Positions 1 to 12,303 of a stretch of DNA of 64,000 nt are shown here, in pieces. Source of the stretch: Rhizophagus irregularis (lineage: Eukaryota). The notes below the pieces were generated by a model. It searched no databases, had not been told where the DNA came from, and saw only the letters and a program-made list of their open reading frames with translations. The stretch is taken from positions 434,001 through 498,000 of the forward strand of contig NC_089436.1 of assembly GCF_026210795.1 (NCBI RefSeq), in the 5' to 3' direction. Made by a program: the position numbers and the translations under genes. Each line of letters opens with the position of its first letter. Within the stretch, counting starts at the first letter, position 1.

Positions 1-724
1 AGAAATAAAAAAAGGGAATTTTTTTTTATATTTTTAAATATTTTTTATATCTTATCAATTATAAAGTTCGCAATCATAATTAAACTCTGTTCAATAATGC
101 CAGTCTCTAACGTAGGGTAGATGATAATAACTATACGTAAGGGTTTTGACAACACTAACACTAAATCTTCGACTAATTATATTCATATGATTTTCCATAA
201 TGGTAAAAATCCTCAGGTCATAAAATTCAAAGCATAACATGATACAACATATAATTTTTATTTAGTACAGATAATAATACTCATATGATGGTAATTAATC
301 ACCTAGCTGAGTTCATATGATTTAGCAAAATACTCTTTTTAAAAATAATCGAAATTTTTTTTTTTTACAAATTTTCTTTTAAATAAATACTAGTCTGGAG
401 CGAAAAACTAAAATCTGCGATTTCATTGGGTGACGATCACGTGGCAGACAGAGAAATTCACGTGATCGTTTTTTTTTCCGCAGATCCGGATATTTTAGTA
501 CAAACTTTGAAATAATAATAAATTTACAAAGAAAATAGTATTCAAATTACAAGTTTTAAACTTTTCTAACGTTTATTTTTTTCAAACAATTTTTTTGCCG
601 TTAATCATAAATAAAATCATATTACTTTGTAAACCGGTTACAACTTACAACCCGATTAAAAAGAGTTTAATACATTTTCCTTCCCGTTAAAACTTTTTTT
701 TTAAAAAAAAAAAATATTAAAACA

Positions 725-2015
725 TATCAACACAATTTCTTTCAAAATTAAGTCAAAATTATTGAAAGACAATGAATATATTATGATATCAAAAATTGAA
801 TTTGGAGAAGATACTAATGTGAAATTTTTTCGTGCACATGAATATTTTGTGTTGTCGTTATCCATATTTACGTTCAAATAAAAAAGAATAGCGATAATGT
901 TTTAGCTCATTTTAAATTATCGAATATATCGCCTGATATCTTTTAAATTATTTTAAAGTAAAAAAAATTATATAACATCTTAATGAATTTACCATAACCT
1001 TAAACTGTTTTAAGTTTTTAAAAATAATTGTTTATAATAAAGGTATATTTATGGCGGTATCCTTTCATTGGATAAACTAGACGCTTCAGATGTTCTTAAG
1101 TTCCTACTAAGAACTAATCGATTATTTACAAAATTATTTAATTTAAAATGAATCTCAATGGATGGAACAACATTTTGAACTTGTTCACAGAACAAGCTTT
1201 CAATTTACTTCTCTAACAGTAATTCAACAATTCTGTACGAATTTGATGGCAAAATTTCTGGATAAAATATTTAACTCGATTTCACATCAATTCCTAAAAA
1301 ATCTTTAGTTCAACTTATTAAAAGAAATAATTTACAAATGATGTTTGGGGTATCGCACAAGAAAATACTTTACAACATTGTTTACCATTTATTAGATTAA
1401 AATATCAATTTTATGAAGAATGATTAAATTCTCAGATAGCGAACCAAATGACAACATATCACTTCCTAGAAATATTTATAGTGATGAAAATCATTATTAA
1501 TTTAATAAATATTGTTTCAATTATTTCAAGATGGATCGATAAAGTGGATGTTTATCATAGAGTTTCTCATTTCAGAGAATTTTATTTACCATATAAACTT
1601 GAATTGTTACTAAGAGGAAGTCGAGATGGATTTACACCTAAAAAATTTCATACTTTATGTAATAATAAATTAAATACTGTCACCTTTATTAAAAGGGACG
1701 CAAGAGATTATTGGTGGATATAATCCTTTAAAATGGGAATCTTCCGAAACTTGGGGTGAAACTAAAGATAGTTTTTATTTACTTTTAAAAATAAGAATAA
1801 CCTGTAATTATTAGTTAAGTAAAAAGTATACATTTTGCAGTATTTAATAGCAAGGGCCATATTTTGGCCATGATTTTATTATACGGGCTTCCAAAGAGTC
1901 CTCAAACTATGATGAATTTCACTGTAAAAATATTTATTATGAAAAAAGATTAAGAGATACCACAGATACATTCTTAGCAGAAGATTATGAAGTATATCAA
2001 ATTATTAGGAAATAA
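725..2015 (+). pseudogene. BTB/POZ-BACK-TLDc domain protein pseudogene (Glomeromycotina-expanded family)
   Basis: Frame-hopping translation gives (M>I)STQFLSKLSQNY, IEFGEDTNVKFFRAH (BTB start), LPYKLELLLRGSRDGFTPKKFHTLCN, IIGGYNPLKW and EDYEVYQIIRK* (TLDc end at 2013-2015). The start appears mutated to ATA and there are several frameshifts and stops. Confidence 0.85.
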
Positions 2016-5000
2016 ACTGCATACAATAAAATAAATTTTATTAAAAATTAAATTATATTATTCATTAAAATTTTGTTTATTTGTCAATTCATTTGTTTGT
2101 GAAAAATTAATAATTAATTTCTTTCATCAATATTTAAAATGTTTAATTCTTAACAAACTTTAATAAATAAATGAATGAAATGCTTTTTTATAAAGAAATA
2201 TTATTTAAAATATTACCGGACTGCTACGCTACACACACTTGTTAATATTAGAGAAATTAGGACTGATAGCTTCAAACCCAATAATTACCAAATAAAGTCT
2301 CTGAAATTTATTAAAAATTTATGCTTTTATTAAATTATTCTTATAGAGTGCATGAGCAGTTTCTCTCTTTATTTAATCTTTAAACAAAATTTAAGAAAAA
2401 TTTCTCATCATAAAAAAAATATCATATGAGATAAGATATTTTCTAAACTCACAGTATCGATGAGGCGGACGAGCTGAATAAAACTTTGCACTTTCGGTTA
2501 TTGATATACTGTAGTAGGTAATTCTGTGTAAACAATTTGTGGTGATTTGTATTTAAATTCCAATTTATATTTCATAATAAAGAGTCTTGCAAATTAAAAA
2601 AAAGTGTATTATTATTACTGTATGATGATATTTTATTTTTATAAGAGTACATTAAATTATCAGATATTACCCAATCATCTCAAATTCTATTATTTGAATA
2701 ATGTGGAAGAAACTATAAAAAAAAAAGAAAAGTTCTTAGTATTGTTAAAAGACAAAATACTAATTTATTACTTCCATGATAGGAGTCATGGCAGTTATAT
2801 GATGGCTTAATTGAAAAATTCATGAGGCGCATAATGGCATAAGTATAATAAAGTAATAATAATTTTCATAAGCTGGTATTAATTTTTTGAGAAGCAACTT
2901 CCAGGCGTTATGTTCAATTTCTTGCAAAAAAAATCAGAAAACTTTGACTTCTAACCTAGGAAATTAATAAACGATCAATCTGATGGCTCAAGAATTTTTT
3001 CTTAGAATAATTAACAAACAAATTTTGATACTCACAGTGTACACTTGTGAAATAAAGTCGAGATCAGTGTTTTTTATGTTCTTTGCGGAAGTGCAGCCCT
3101 AGATATTAGTCGCACAAATTGATCTGTGAGTTGTTGGTCGAATTTCTAGTATAATATGATAAAAAAAATGGAAAAAAGACAAACAATAAAAAATAAAATA
3201 AATATAATTATAAATATAAAATGAAAATAAAATAAAAAAATACGAAAAAAATGAACAAAAAAATAATAAAGAAAATGATATAAAATATGGACGTTCCACG
3301 GCATCCCCATAAGAAGATAATTTTCATATGATAACAGAGAAAATTCGATTATCTATGTTAAAGTAGCTTGTTAAAAGGAAACGTTGTGAAATTTTTCTAA
3401 CGTAGTTTTTTATAAAATCTGAAAACTCAAAGGAAGGCCAATGTAAATGTTACTTTTTTTTGCAACACAAACTAATACAATTACGCGTATTCCCTTAGTA
3501 CTGTACTTTAGAGATTAAAACCACTGTTCAAACAATATCTTCAATTTTGATCAATCAATAAAATCAATATCGAGATCAATAGCTTGAGCATACCCTATTT
3601 GTATTATATTTTTTTGAAAGTTTCAAGCATCAATAATTTTTTTATATTGAAAACTCATTTTTGTTATAAAAATAAAAAATAACATGAAATGATTAATCAC
3701 TTACTCTTCATTAGTAAAATAGTGTTATATTATTTTTCATCAGATAACTTTTATATCTGATGAAAAAAAAAATAATAATAAATTATTGTCTTTGCTACAA
3801 TGATAGGATAATTTGCAGAAAGAAATTATCATTATTGTATAAAAGATAATATTTATTAATTGCACTTTTAGTGTATAATACATTTACCGATAAAAAAGTG
3901 AAAAAAAACGTTACCAAGTCAAAAATGTCATTCAAAACCTCCTTGATTTTTTTAATTAATGCTCCCTAAGGAAATTTGCATCTCTTTTAATAAAGCCTGC
4001 AGAATTATGTATACTGCGAAAATTTCAATGAAAATAATTGTGTAATTAATTCCTATATCTGTTCTGAGACAAATTTGGTCATCAGTAATAATAAGTGATG
4101 TATATAATAATATATTTTTGGTAGCTTACCGTAGTATGTTTGCCCGTTAAATTGTTAAATCGGTATTATCAGTATTACTATTAACAACACATCCATAAAT
4201 TACAATGTCTTATTATGTTTCCAAAAGTGTATATCCGAATATCAGCTATAAAAATAATAAAAATAACTCAAACTTGTTATTAGTTATCAATAGTATTAAT
4301 AATATTTGTAAAAATATAAGTCAATAAAAGTTTCAGTCAATAATATCGTGCATACGACTGATCTGAAATGATATAAATAAACATAAAATTTATTAAATAA
4401 ATTTTCAAATATAATTATTGTATACTTTGAAAATCATCTAAAATCATCTGTTATTAGTAAAGTGATCGTCAAACGAAGATTTTGAAAGAAAATTAAGGAA
4501 ATTAAGGGCAAATAATATAAATAATAATGGACTAATCCAATTGAACGCAATCACAACATACTGGAATCACCACTTAAAGCAATAATATTTTTAATCTTAG
4601 TGGTAAATGATTCAGTTTATTCATAATTAGTATCTCTAGTATAACCATTAACTATAAAAAAGAAAAAAGATAAATGCGTGATATATAATGTTCTTAATTT
4701 TCAAATTAATTATTTACCAAATATTATTCCTTTTAAAATTGAGGATTCTTCATTCTACTGGTGATTGTAAATCTCTGCATTCACCTATTAGAGAAAGAAA
4801 AATTATTAATAGTGTGCTAAATTTTATTTAATCATAAAGAAGACATAGCCAATTCCTCCTTTAGAATTAGCAGACTTTACTAACAACAAAGTAGGATGTT
4901 ATCTGCTTGAGTTGGTTATCAAGTGAACAAAAGAAATAAAAAAAAATAAAAAAAAGAAAAAAAAAGAAAAAAAAGGGGAATAAAAAAAATAAAAATAAAA

Positions 5001-5161
5001 ATAAAAAAAAAAAAAGCAGGTAATTTCAAAGGAATTACCCACTTTGCTCGCCCTTACCCAACTCAAACAAATAAATCCAGTACCCTCCTAAGTAAAATTT
5101 GTGAACTCCCCGACTCAATGAGTTATCCGTTCTAATTTTGACTTAGGAAGTTACCCACTTT

Positions 5162-6163
5162 GCAAATAAAAAAATACACACCTCTTTTAAAGTCTCCTAA
5201 CTATTTTACACACGTCTAGTAAACTGGCAATACTCCATTCAGAGAGCTTTCGTCTGTTGCCTAATGCTGTTGGATGGCCACTCTAACACTACTGAAACAT
5301 TTTCCTTAAGAAAGGCTTTTGCAAGACGGCTGGTATCATTGTCTTGTTGGAAGCACCAACGATCACCAAGCATCTGGAAGATCTCAGGAATATGTGTACG
5401 AAGAATTTCCACATAAAATTTGGCGTTCATAATTTGTTTAAAACAAAATAATTTTGTTTTTCCTTTCGCGCAAAAACCACCTCACGCCATAATCTTCGTA
5501 CAATCTTTAGACATACGCCAAACCGGTCTTTCTCTTTTATACCATCATTCAACGGTGTTTCTAAAGAGTTGAAAAGCAGTTTCATCGGTAAAAATAGTTT
5601 ATCCCATCGGTTATTAATATGTTTCCACTCCACACGTTTTACCTTGAGTGTTTTGGTCAGCATAGGGGTTGTTTTAGGCGTCTTTTTACATAAACAATAC
5701 TTGAAAGATGCCTTCCAACGGTTCTATACGATACTTCTATGCCTATATTTTCTAATTTTCTTGCCAAAGTTCTTGTGGAAAGAGATGTATCATGCCTTTA
5801 CATATTGACCAAGCGCACGGGAGACATTTGTGGTAATCTTTTTGGGTCTCAGCATGCTTTATAGTCCCATTTTCTTTTTATTTTTTTATATTATCGTAAA
5901 TAGTGAACTTTGGGATGTTTGTTAACCTATGTAATTCTTTTACATTATGAATACCGTTATTCCATAAATGTAATAAGACTTCACAAGACGTTTTTTTATT
6001 TGAAGAAGACAATAATTTTCTTGCGAAAGGAAAGGTGTAGGTAAACACAAAGGTTGTTAAACGTAAAACCCATATTATTTATTATTTGTTATGTTCGGAC
6101 TCTAGGGAATAACGTTCTGAAAAAGGGGAGTATTTTTTTTTTTTTTTGGAGAAACTGATGGTA
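5162..6163 (-). mobile_element. Degenerate Tc1/mariner-type DNA transposon (DDE_3 transposase relic)
   Basis: Minus-strand fragments LHLWNNGIHN..ELHRLTNIPKFTIYDNIKK (HTH) and MNAKFYVEIL..RWCFQQDND..LEWPSNS (Tc1 catalytic motifs). Terminal sequence 6121-6163 is followed by TA repeats and has a partial inverted counterpart at about 5162-5188. Confidence 0.8.
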
Positions 6164-7084
6164 TATATATATGTTGAGAGTATATATATACTTGTAAAAG
6201 TAAAAAATCGTGACTCGCGACTTGTGAGTAAAAAATAATTATATCTCATGTGATTCTGCAATTGATGATGTGCGGAGCTTGTATATTGCGCCTATCAATA
6301 TTATCGATGTATAGTATATTAGGTATCAGTTTTTAATAGTTATAGTTTTAGTTGTTAGTTGTATTAATACGTAAATATATTTAAAAATTCTCATTATATT
6401 TAAGTGGCTTAGTGATTAAAATAGTATAATTTTATGTCCGACATGATTATTTTAAATATTGTGTGAATAAGTGTGGGAATACAGTGATGAAATCATCTAA
6501 ATTTTTTGATTTACAATTTTTTATATAGAATTATAATATTTAATTCTCCATGTATACGTCATGATTGACATTATCAAAATTAAGATCCCGAAATCTATAA
6601 CTCTAATACAACCGTTCATCAATCAAATACGCGTAGGATACAATAATCTATAATAGTATACCTACGCCACTGGTATTTAAACACTAAGAATAGAGTAGCG
6701 TCCCTTAGTTAGTAATTTGAATAATATCATTTTATTAACACTTTAAATAAATTATTATATTATTATACAGTTGATTATTCGTAAAAATTTATTTATTGCA
6801 ATGTAGCGACTAGCGAGTAACGAGTAGTACCTTGAATTGAGAACCAAAATTAAAGTCGTTCAAATTCACAAAGATCTTAAATTTAGACGAAATGCGAATA
6901 ACAATAAATGAATTAAATGTCATTAAGTCATATCTTGGTATCATTTTTTTTCATATCTAATCATAAGAAGCCAATTTACTTTTTCACCAAATTAACCCAT
7001 GATTAAAAATCTTCTATTTAAAAAAGAAAAGAAAGAAATGAAACTAATATCAATTCTTTAACTAAAAGTAAAATAAAAAATTTT

Positions 7085-7570
7085 ACGCTTCCCGCCTATC
7101 TCTAGTATCATGTTCCACAAAAATCCAAGGAGCACGATGTTCCTAGAAAAATAAGAAAAATTAATGTGTTTCTTAAAATAATAAAAAAATCCTCATCCTC
7201 CCCGCTCACCTCCATTACCGGCATTCCAGAAAATTCAAGGAGCCTGACGTTCCTAAAAAAAATAAAAAGAAACATCAATATGTTTCTATAAAATAATAAA
7301 AAATTCCTTACTCCCACTTACTTCCAGCATCGATGTTCCAAAAATCCAAAGAGCCTCGTGAGCCTCGTGTTCCTAGAAAAATAAAAAAGAAACATTTAAT
7401 GTATTTTTAAAATAATAAAACAAAATCCTCACCCTCCCGCTTACCTTCAGTACCAGCGTATCAGAAAAATTCAAGCAGCCTAAAATAAAAAAAAAGAAAC
7501 ATTTTAAAATATTTTCTATAAAATAACATTCTCCACTTACCTCCAGCCACAAAATACAAGTACCTAAAAA
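7085..7570 (-). repeat. Tandem array of about 5 micro-exon/intron units (about 110-130 bp period)
   Basis: On the minus strand, units read poly-T..TAG|23-51 nt exon|GTAAG/GTGAG. One example is exon 7252-7210, GAACGTCAGG...GTAATGGAG|GTGAGCGGG. The exons are mutually similar. Confidence 0.75.
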
Positions 7571-7667
7571 ATAAAAGAAAATAAAGAAAAAAATGAGTCT
7601 TGATGTCCGAAATAATATTCCGAAGTCCGAAGTCCGAACTTAAAAAATTATTTTTTTTAAAAAAAAA

Positions 7668-7827
7668 AAGACCGACGATCCTTGAAAAGACCACGGTCTA
7701 GTCTACGGTCCTTATAAAGACCGCCGGGTCATAGGTCACGTGATAAAGGACGGAAGACTGCGGTCCTACACTGATACGGTCCGGTCCGTCTTTTTAGAGT
7801 GCCTTTCAGGACCGTTAACCATCTTTA
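7668..7827. mobile_element. Right end of a hAT-like non-autonomous element
   Basis: GGACC/GGTCC subterminal repeats. It ends GGACCGTTAACCATCTTTA, matching the right TIR of the complete MITE at 50698-51012. No left end was found. Confidence 0.6.
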
Positions 7828-9441
7828 TTAGCAAGTGATTTTAAAATTATTAAAATCGATATCAAGTATCAAAATTCTACTCTTCCTTATAGAATTCTAT
7901 CAAAAGATATTCAATTCGCTAGACACTTCGTGGCGAACGATTCTAATTTTCTTTTAATAAAGGATCATTTTTATCAATTTGTTTTGTAATTAATTGAATG
8001 GGAAAGTCAGGGATATCATCCTTGAGTGTTTCGTTACAAACTAACTAAAACAAACGAAATAAAATATTTCGCGTCTTATTTCGCTTCTTTGAAACATTGT
8101 TAATAATAGATCAGAAAAATCAACAAATCAATTTGATTCTTTTGATCATTAACATATTTTTTCTAGATCGAAGTGACTGGAAAATCAACCAATCAATTAA
8201 AGTATATTTTACTAAAAAAAATGAAAATTTTCATTAAAAGGCTTAAAGAATATAAAATCGGTAAAAATCATGCATAGAAGCTTGATATTAACTTGTTGGA
8301 ATTTGGTAATACTAATTAGATAATTGAAAAAAGAAATTATATTTCACAAGTCACCGAATTTACAGAATTGAACATTCTGAAGTCTGCAAACTTCAAGTGA
8401 AATTAATAATCTGCATAAGATGAAGAGCGAATATTCGAATGGAATTAAATTATTATCTCAAAATCGAATTTTAACAAACGAAAAAAAAGTTTTCAGGAAG
8501 AAATCAAAAAGTTGAATGGACAACTGCGACAATATAATGATTGTAAAGAAGCCGGTAATTCAAAAAAGGAAGTGTTACAAAACAAAAATCATCTCAAATT
8601 GATGTATCATAGGTCTTATTGAGCATAGAATCTTTTATTTTCTGAGAAGAATAGGTTTCATAGTGAAAATAACAAGATACTATCAACGAAAAGGATAACG
8701 AAAATAAAAAGTTAAACAGTAAGATCAGGGAACTCCATCTAATTATTATTTTCGAAAAAAATAAGGTTGAAGAACTCTTAGTTAAGATCAGTAAATTAAT
8801 GTATATGTATGAGAAATTCTTAATAATTTTTAAGTAGCAGAAATGATTCTAAGACGTAAATAATTATGTCCTCCTTTGAATTACGATTTATATAATGACT
8901 CTCAGTCCTATAAATAATTTGAATTGTGTAACATTGAAAAGTGTGATATTCTTGCGGTTCGTATTTATTAACTGACTACGATAACCAATCTTTAAACTAA
9001 TTTTAATGGATTAATACTAACAAAAAAAAGTATATTTGCGATCATTTCCGCTCTCTTAGTTACCACGACTAACCATTTCTATAATAATATTTTTTTTTAT
9101 TTTTCAGTTTTTACCGTAAAAACCGAAACTATCTTTTTAGCTTTTTAGTCTTTTTTTTTAATAATTTTTTTATCTTTTTGTTAACCAAATTTTTCTTATT
9201 CTTTTTTTTTTGTTTTTTATTGGATTTTTTTAGGATTTTTTTTTTAATCGGAATTTACCTTTTTTTTAACCCAAAAAAATATAGTTTATTCTTGTTTATT
9301 AAGATTGTTTTTTTCAATATTATTTCTGAATAATAAATTTGAGTGAAATGTTTTTTTTTTTGGTATTAACGAATTTTTTTTTAGTGAGATTGTATTAATT
9401 ATATAGATACATAACAATATTAATAATTTTGTATTGATAAA

Positions 9442-10343
9442 TCTATATAACTAAAAAAACTATGTAACTAAAACTGTCTCTCTAAATATTTGAATTGTGT
9501 AACTTGAAATCCCATGCTATAATTAAAATCCGTGACATGCCTCCGCCTGAATCAACTTTCTTTTTCGTTTTTTTTTTCAAACTGAAAAAAATTTTTTTCT
9601 GCCTTTCTTCTTTCGGTTTAAGGCCGATTTTTTATATTATTTTTTTTTAGACTGTATTGTTATTTATTATTTATTTTAAAAAAATTTTTTTTTTCACTCT
9701 TTTTTGACCGAATTATTGTCCTTTTTTTTCGGAATTTTTTTTGGTACTTATTTTTTTCAGATTCCTTTTTTTTCGGAAATTTCTCTTTTTTTGAACCGAT
9801 TTCTTTATTTCTTTCTTATCCTTTTCTTCCCCCAAATTTTTTTAATTTTTTTTTTGTCATTTTTTTTATTAAATAAAAAAATAAAATATTAATATGTATA
9901 TTAAATATATTTACAAAATTATTATTTTTTTAAAAAAAATCAATACATGTAGGTAAATTGACCAAAAGCTTTCAATTAAATTGAACGCTGGATAAATAGT
10001 TTGATTTTCAAATTCATAAAATCAATATTATAACCAAATATATATCCGAAATTCTATCAATTTTTATTGATAATTATTTTTTCACAATTCCTAATTAATC
10101 CAAATTTCATTCTACACTCAAAAGTCAAATCATTAATGTAAATAACTACATTATTATAAATATAATTTAATACATATTATTTTATTATTTTTTGTTGACT
10201 AATTATTACCATATTAAATTCCTAATTATAAACAAAAAACTACTGTAACCATTTTTAATTTACTCAGTATTGCATTATAATACCAAATTTTTCTATTTAA
10301 ACAAACTCATTGGTCCCGGTGCAAAGCAACGGGTGACTGCTAG
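9442..10343 (+). mobile_element. Non-autonomous Helitron
   Basis: 3' hairpin CCCGGTGC-AAA-GCAACGGG (10315-10333) then CTAG|T (10340-10344). Candidate 5' end is A|TCTATATAAC at 9442; alternative 5' ends lie near 9478 and 8906. Confidence 0.7.
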
Positions 10344-10832
10344 TATGTAATTAAGCAAATATCAGTCATAAGAATTTTAATTTTTTATTTATATTATATA
10401 ACACTAATTTATATAAATGCTACTATTTTGAATCCCTTTTCAATTTGGATTTATTGTAATAAAACTAATATTGGTACAAAAAGATTTTTACTCACAACCA
10501 AAAATTTTACGGTTGAAAAAAGGACAAAAATTATATGAAAGTTAAAAAAAATTAATAACTTGAGCCTCTCTTTATTAAAACCAATTTTTTTTTCATTCTT
10601 TTATAATAATTTATTTTTACACCTATATGAAGTTTTATTTAGAAAATAGGGTTTTATCGAACTACAACAATAAGTTGAAATATTTTGGAAAAACGATAAT
10701 AAACAAGAGTATTAAGCATTGTTACAATAAAGCTCTATACAACTTTTTTTTGACGAAAAAGTGGAACCTATAAGAACCATAAAGTGATAATTTTATGACA
10801 GCTTCGGGTGGCGCAGTAATAAGAGAACTCAC

Positions 10833-11069
10833 AACTACCCCAGCCGCACCGGCAAAATTTTGCACACAGGGCCGCATTACGGCGTTATGCACTAACACGT
10901 GAAAATAAACAGTGACGAATAAGTAGTGATGAATAAGGGTTTACCTGCTCGAAAAAAACAAGTCCCTCAGATAAATATAAACAGTGAAACTCGGATGGGG
11001 TGTGACGATGTGATGAATAAAAAGCGATCACGTGACTGTGCAAAAATTGCCGTTGCGACTGGGCTAGTT
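10833..11069. mobile_element. Mutator-like MITE
   Basis: Imperfect TIRs of about 33 bp (AACTACCCCAGCCGCACCGGCAAAATTTTGCACA / TGTGCAAAAATTGCCGTTGCGACTGGGCTAGTT). Flanking direct repeat GAGAACTCAC (10823-10832, 11070-11079). The body is shared with 52827-53056. Confidence 0.8.
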
Positions 11070-11088
11070 GAGAACTCACATCAAAAAT

Positions 11089-11665
11089 TTGATAAAGCCA
11101 ATATTGAAAGACTATATGGGCCTGATGCCATCATGGATGATAGACCACTTAAACGACGCGCCAATGATAATGGCAATTTAGATACACATCACGGTCATCA
11201 TAAAGACAAAAAGGTTTGTATGTTGTCCACCCTGAAGGGATTGGAAAAGAGTTCGTCTATTCGTACTATTTAAGTACTTGTTACTTCGTTTTAATTTTAT
11301 AGATTTATAGATATAGTTTCTATTTGTACATGCTTATTAGCATTTTGGTTCTTTTATTTTTCGTTATTTTTTTTAACAACTTAAAATAGTGTAAATCATT
11401 CCACCTCTTACAGTATTCACAGGTGGCAACCCTATGGGTTGAAAGGAAAATACGGATTGGTGCTTGACATTTAATTGTTTTTTCTTCTTTATCTTCGGAT
11501 ACTGTTCCTTTGTTGGTAGTAGCATAGGATTAGACTAGTCTGCCCTTTAAATAGAAGTTTGGATCCGTTCTGTAATGGATGATAGCAAGAAGTAAAATTA
11601 AATCCCTTTCGAGGGTATATATCCTGTTTAATTGTCTATCCAACTTCACATAAAATAAAATAAAT
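11089..11665 (+). mobile_element. 5'-truncated non-LTR retrotransposon or retroposed insertion
   Basis: 16-bp direct repeat AACTCACATCAAAAAT at 11073-11088 and 11666-11681, an A-rich (TAAAA)n tail, an ORF C-terminus ending at 11273 and a structured 3' UTR. Confidence 0.7.
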
Positions 11666-12303
11666 AACTCACATCAAAAATAGTGGAAAGGTAAAATACG
11701 TAGAAAGAACGAATGAGATTTAGTAAAAATGAGGTGATTTATTTAATTGATGGTGAAACGGCACCTGCAGATTTTCTTGCAGATCCTCAGACAAAATAAA
11801 TTGTCCTACGGTTTCAGTGTAAACTATGGGGCTTTTTAGAATTATGGGCTGTATATTGTTTAGTTCAACAAAAAATTTTAAAATAATCTGTATGTTGCCG
11901 ATCTGTGAAATACTTCATATGAAAAAGATTTTTGTAGTAGTTATTTTCAAATAATTTTTAGAGTAATATTTACGTAAATGTATTCGTCTTACGTCTAAGT
12001 CGTTGAAGTCTATTGTACATCAGCAAAGAGAATATATTAAATCTTGTTTTATTTTTATCACATAAAAGAGAGATATATAAAAATTAGGACAAATATCATA
12101 TGATCAATGATCTGCTTGCATATTTTTTTTGTGCAATTGTTGCATGATTGACATCGATTTCAACCATATTGGAAACAATATTTAAAATTTTACATTGTGT
12201 AGAGGTAAAACATTATAAATATATAAAAAATATAACACGAAGTTTAGCGCTTTGAAATTTTTTTTTTTAAAAAAAACTAAATAAATTAATGAAAGAATAA
12301 ATA

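Noticed and set aside
3480..4800. Possible decayed multi-exon gene on the minus strand
   Set aside because: Some splice-like boundaries are present, but I could not recover a recognisable protein.
8200..8830. Coiled-coil-like coding relic
   Set aside because: Many stops and frameshifts, and no identifiable family.
10926..11273. 115-aa ORF as a real gene
   Set aside because: It starts at a GTG inside a MITE and crosses a TSD into a retro-insertion, so it is chimeric.
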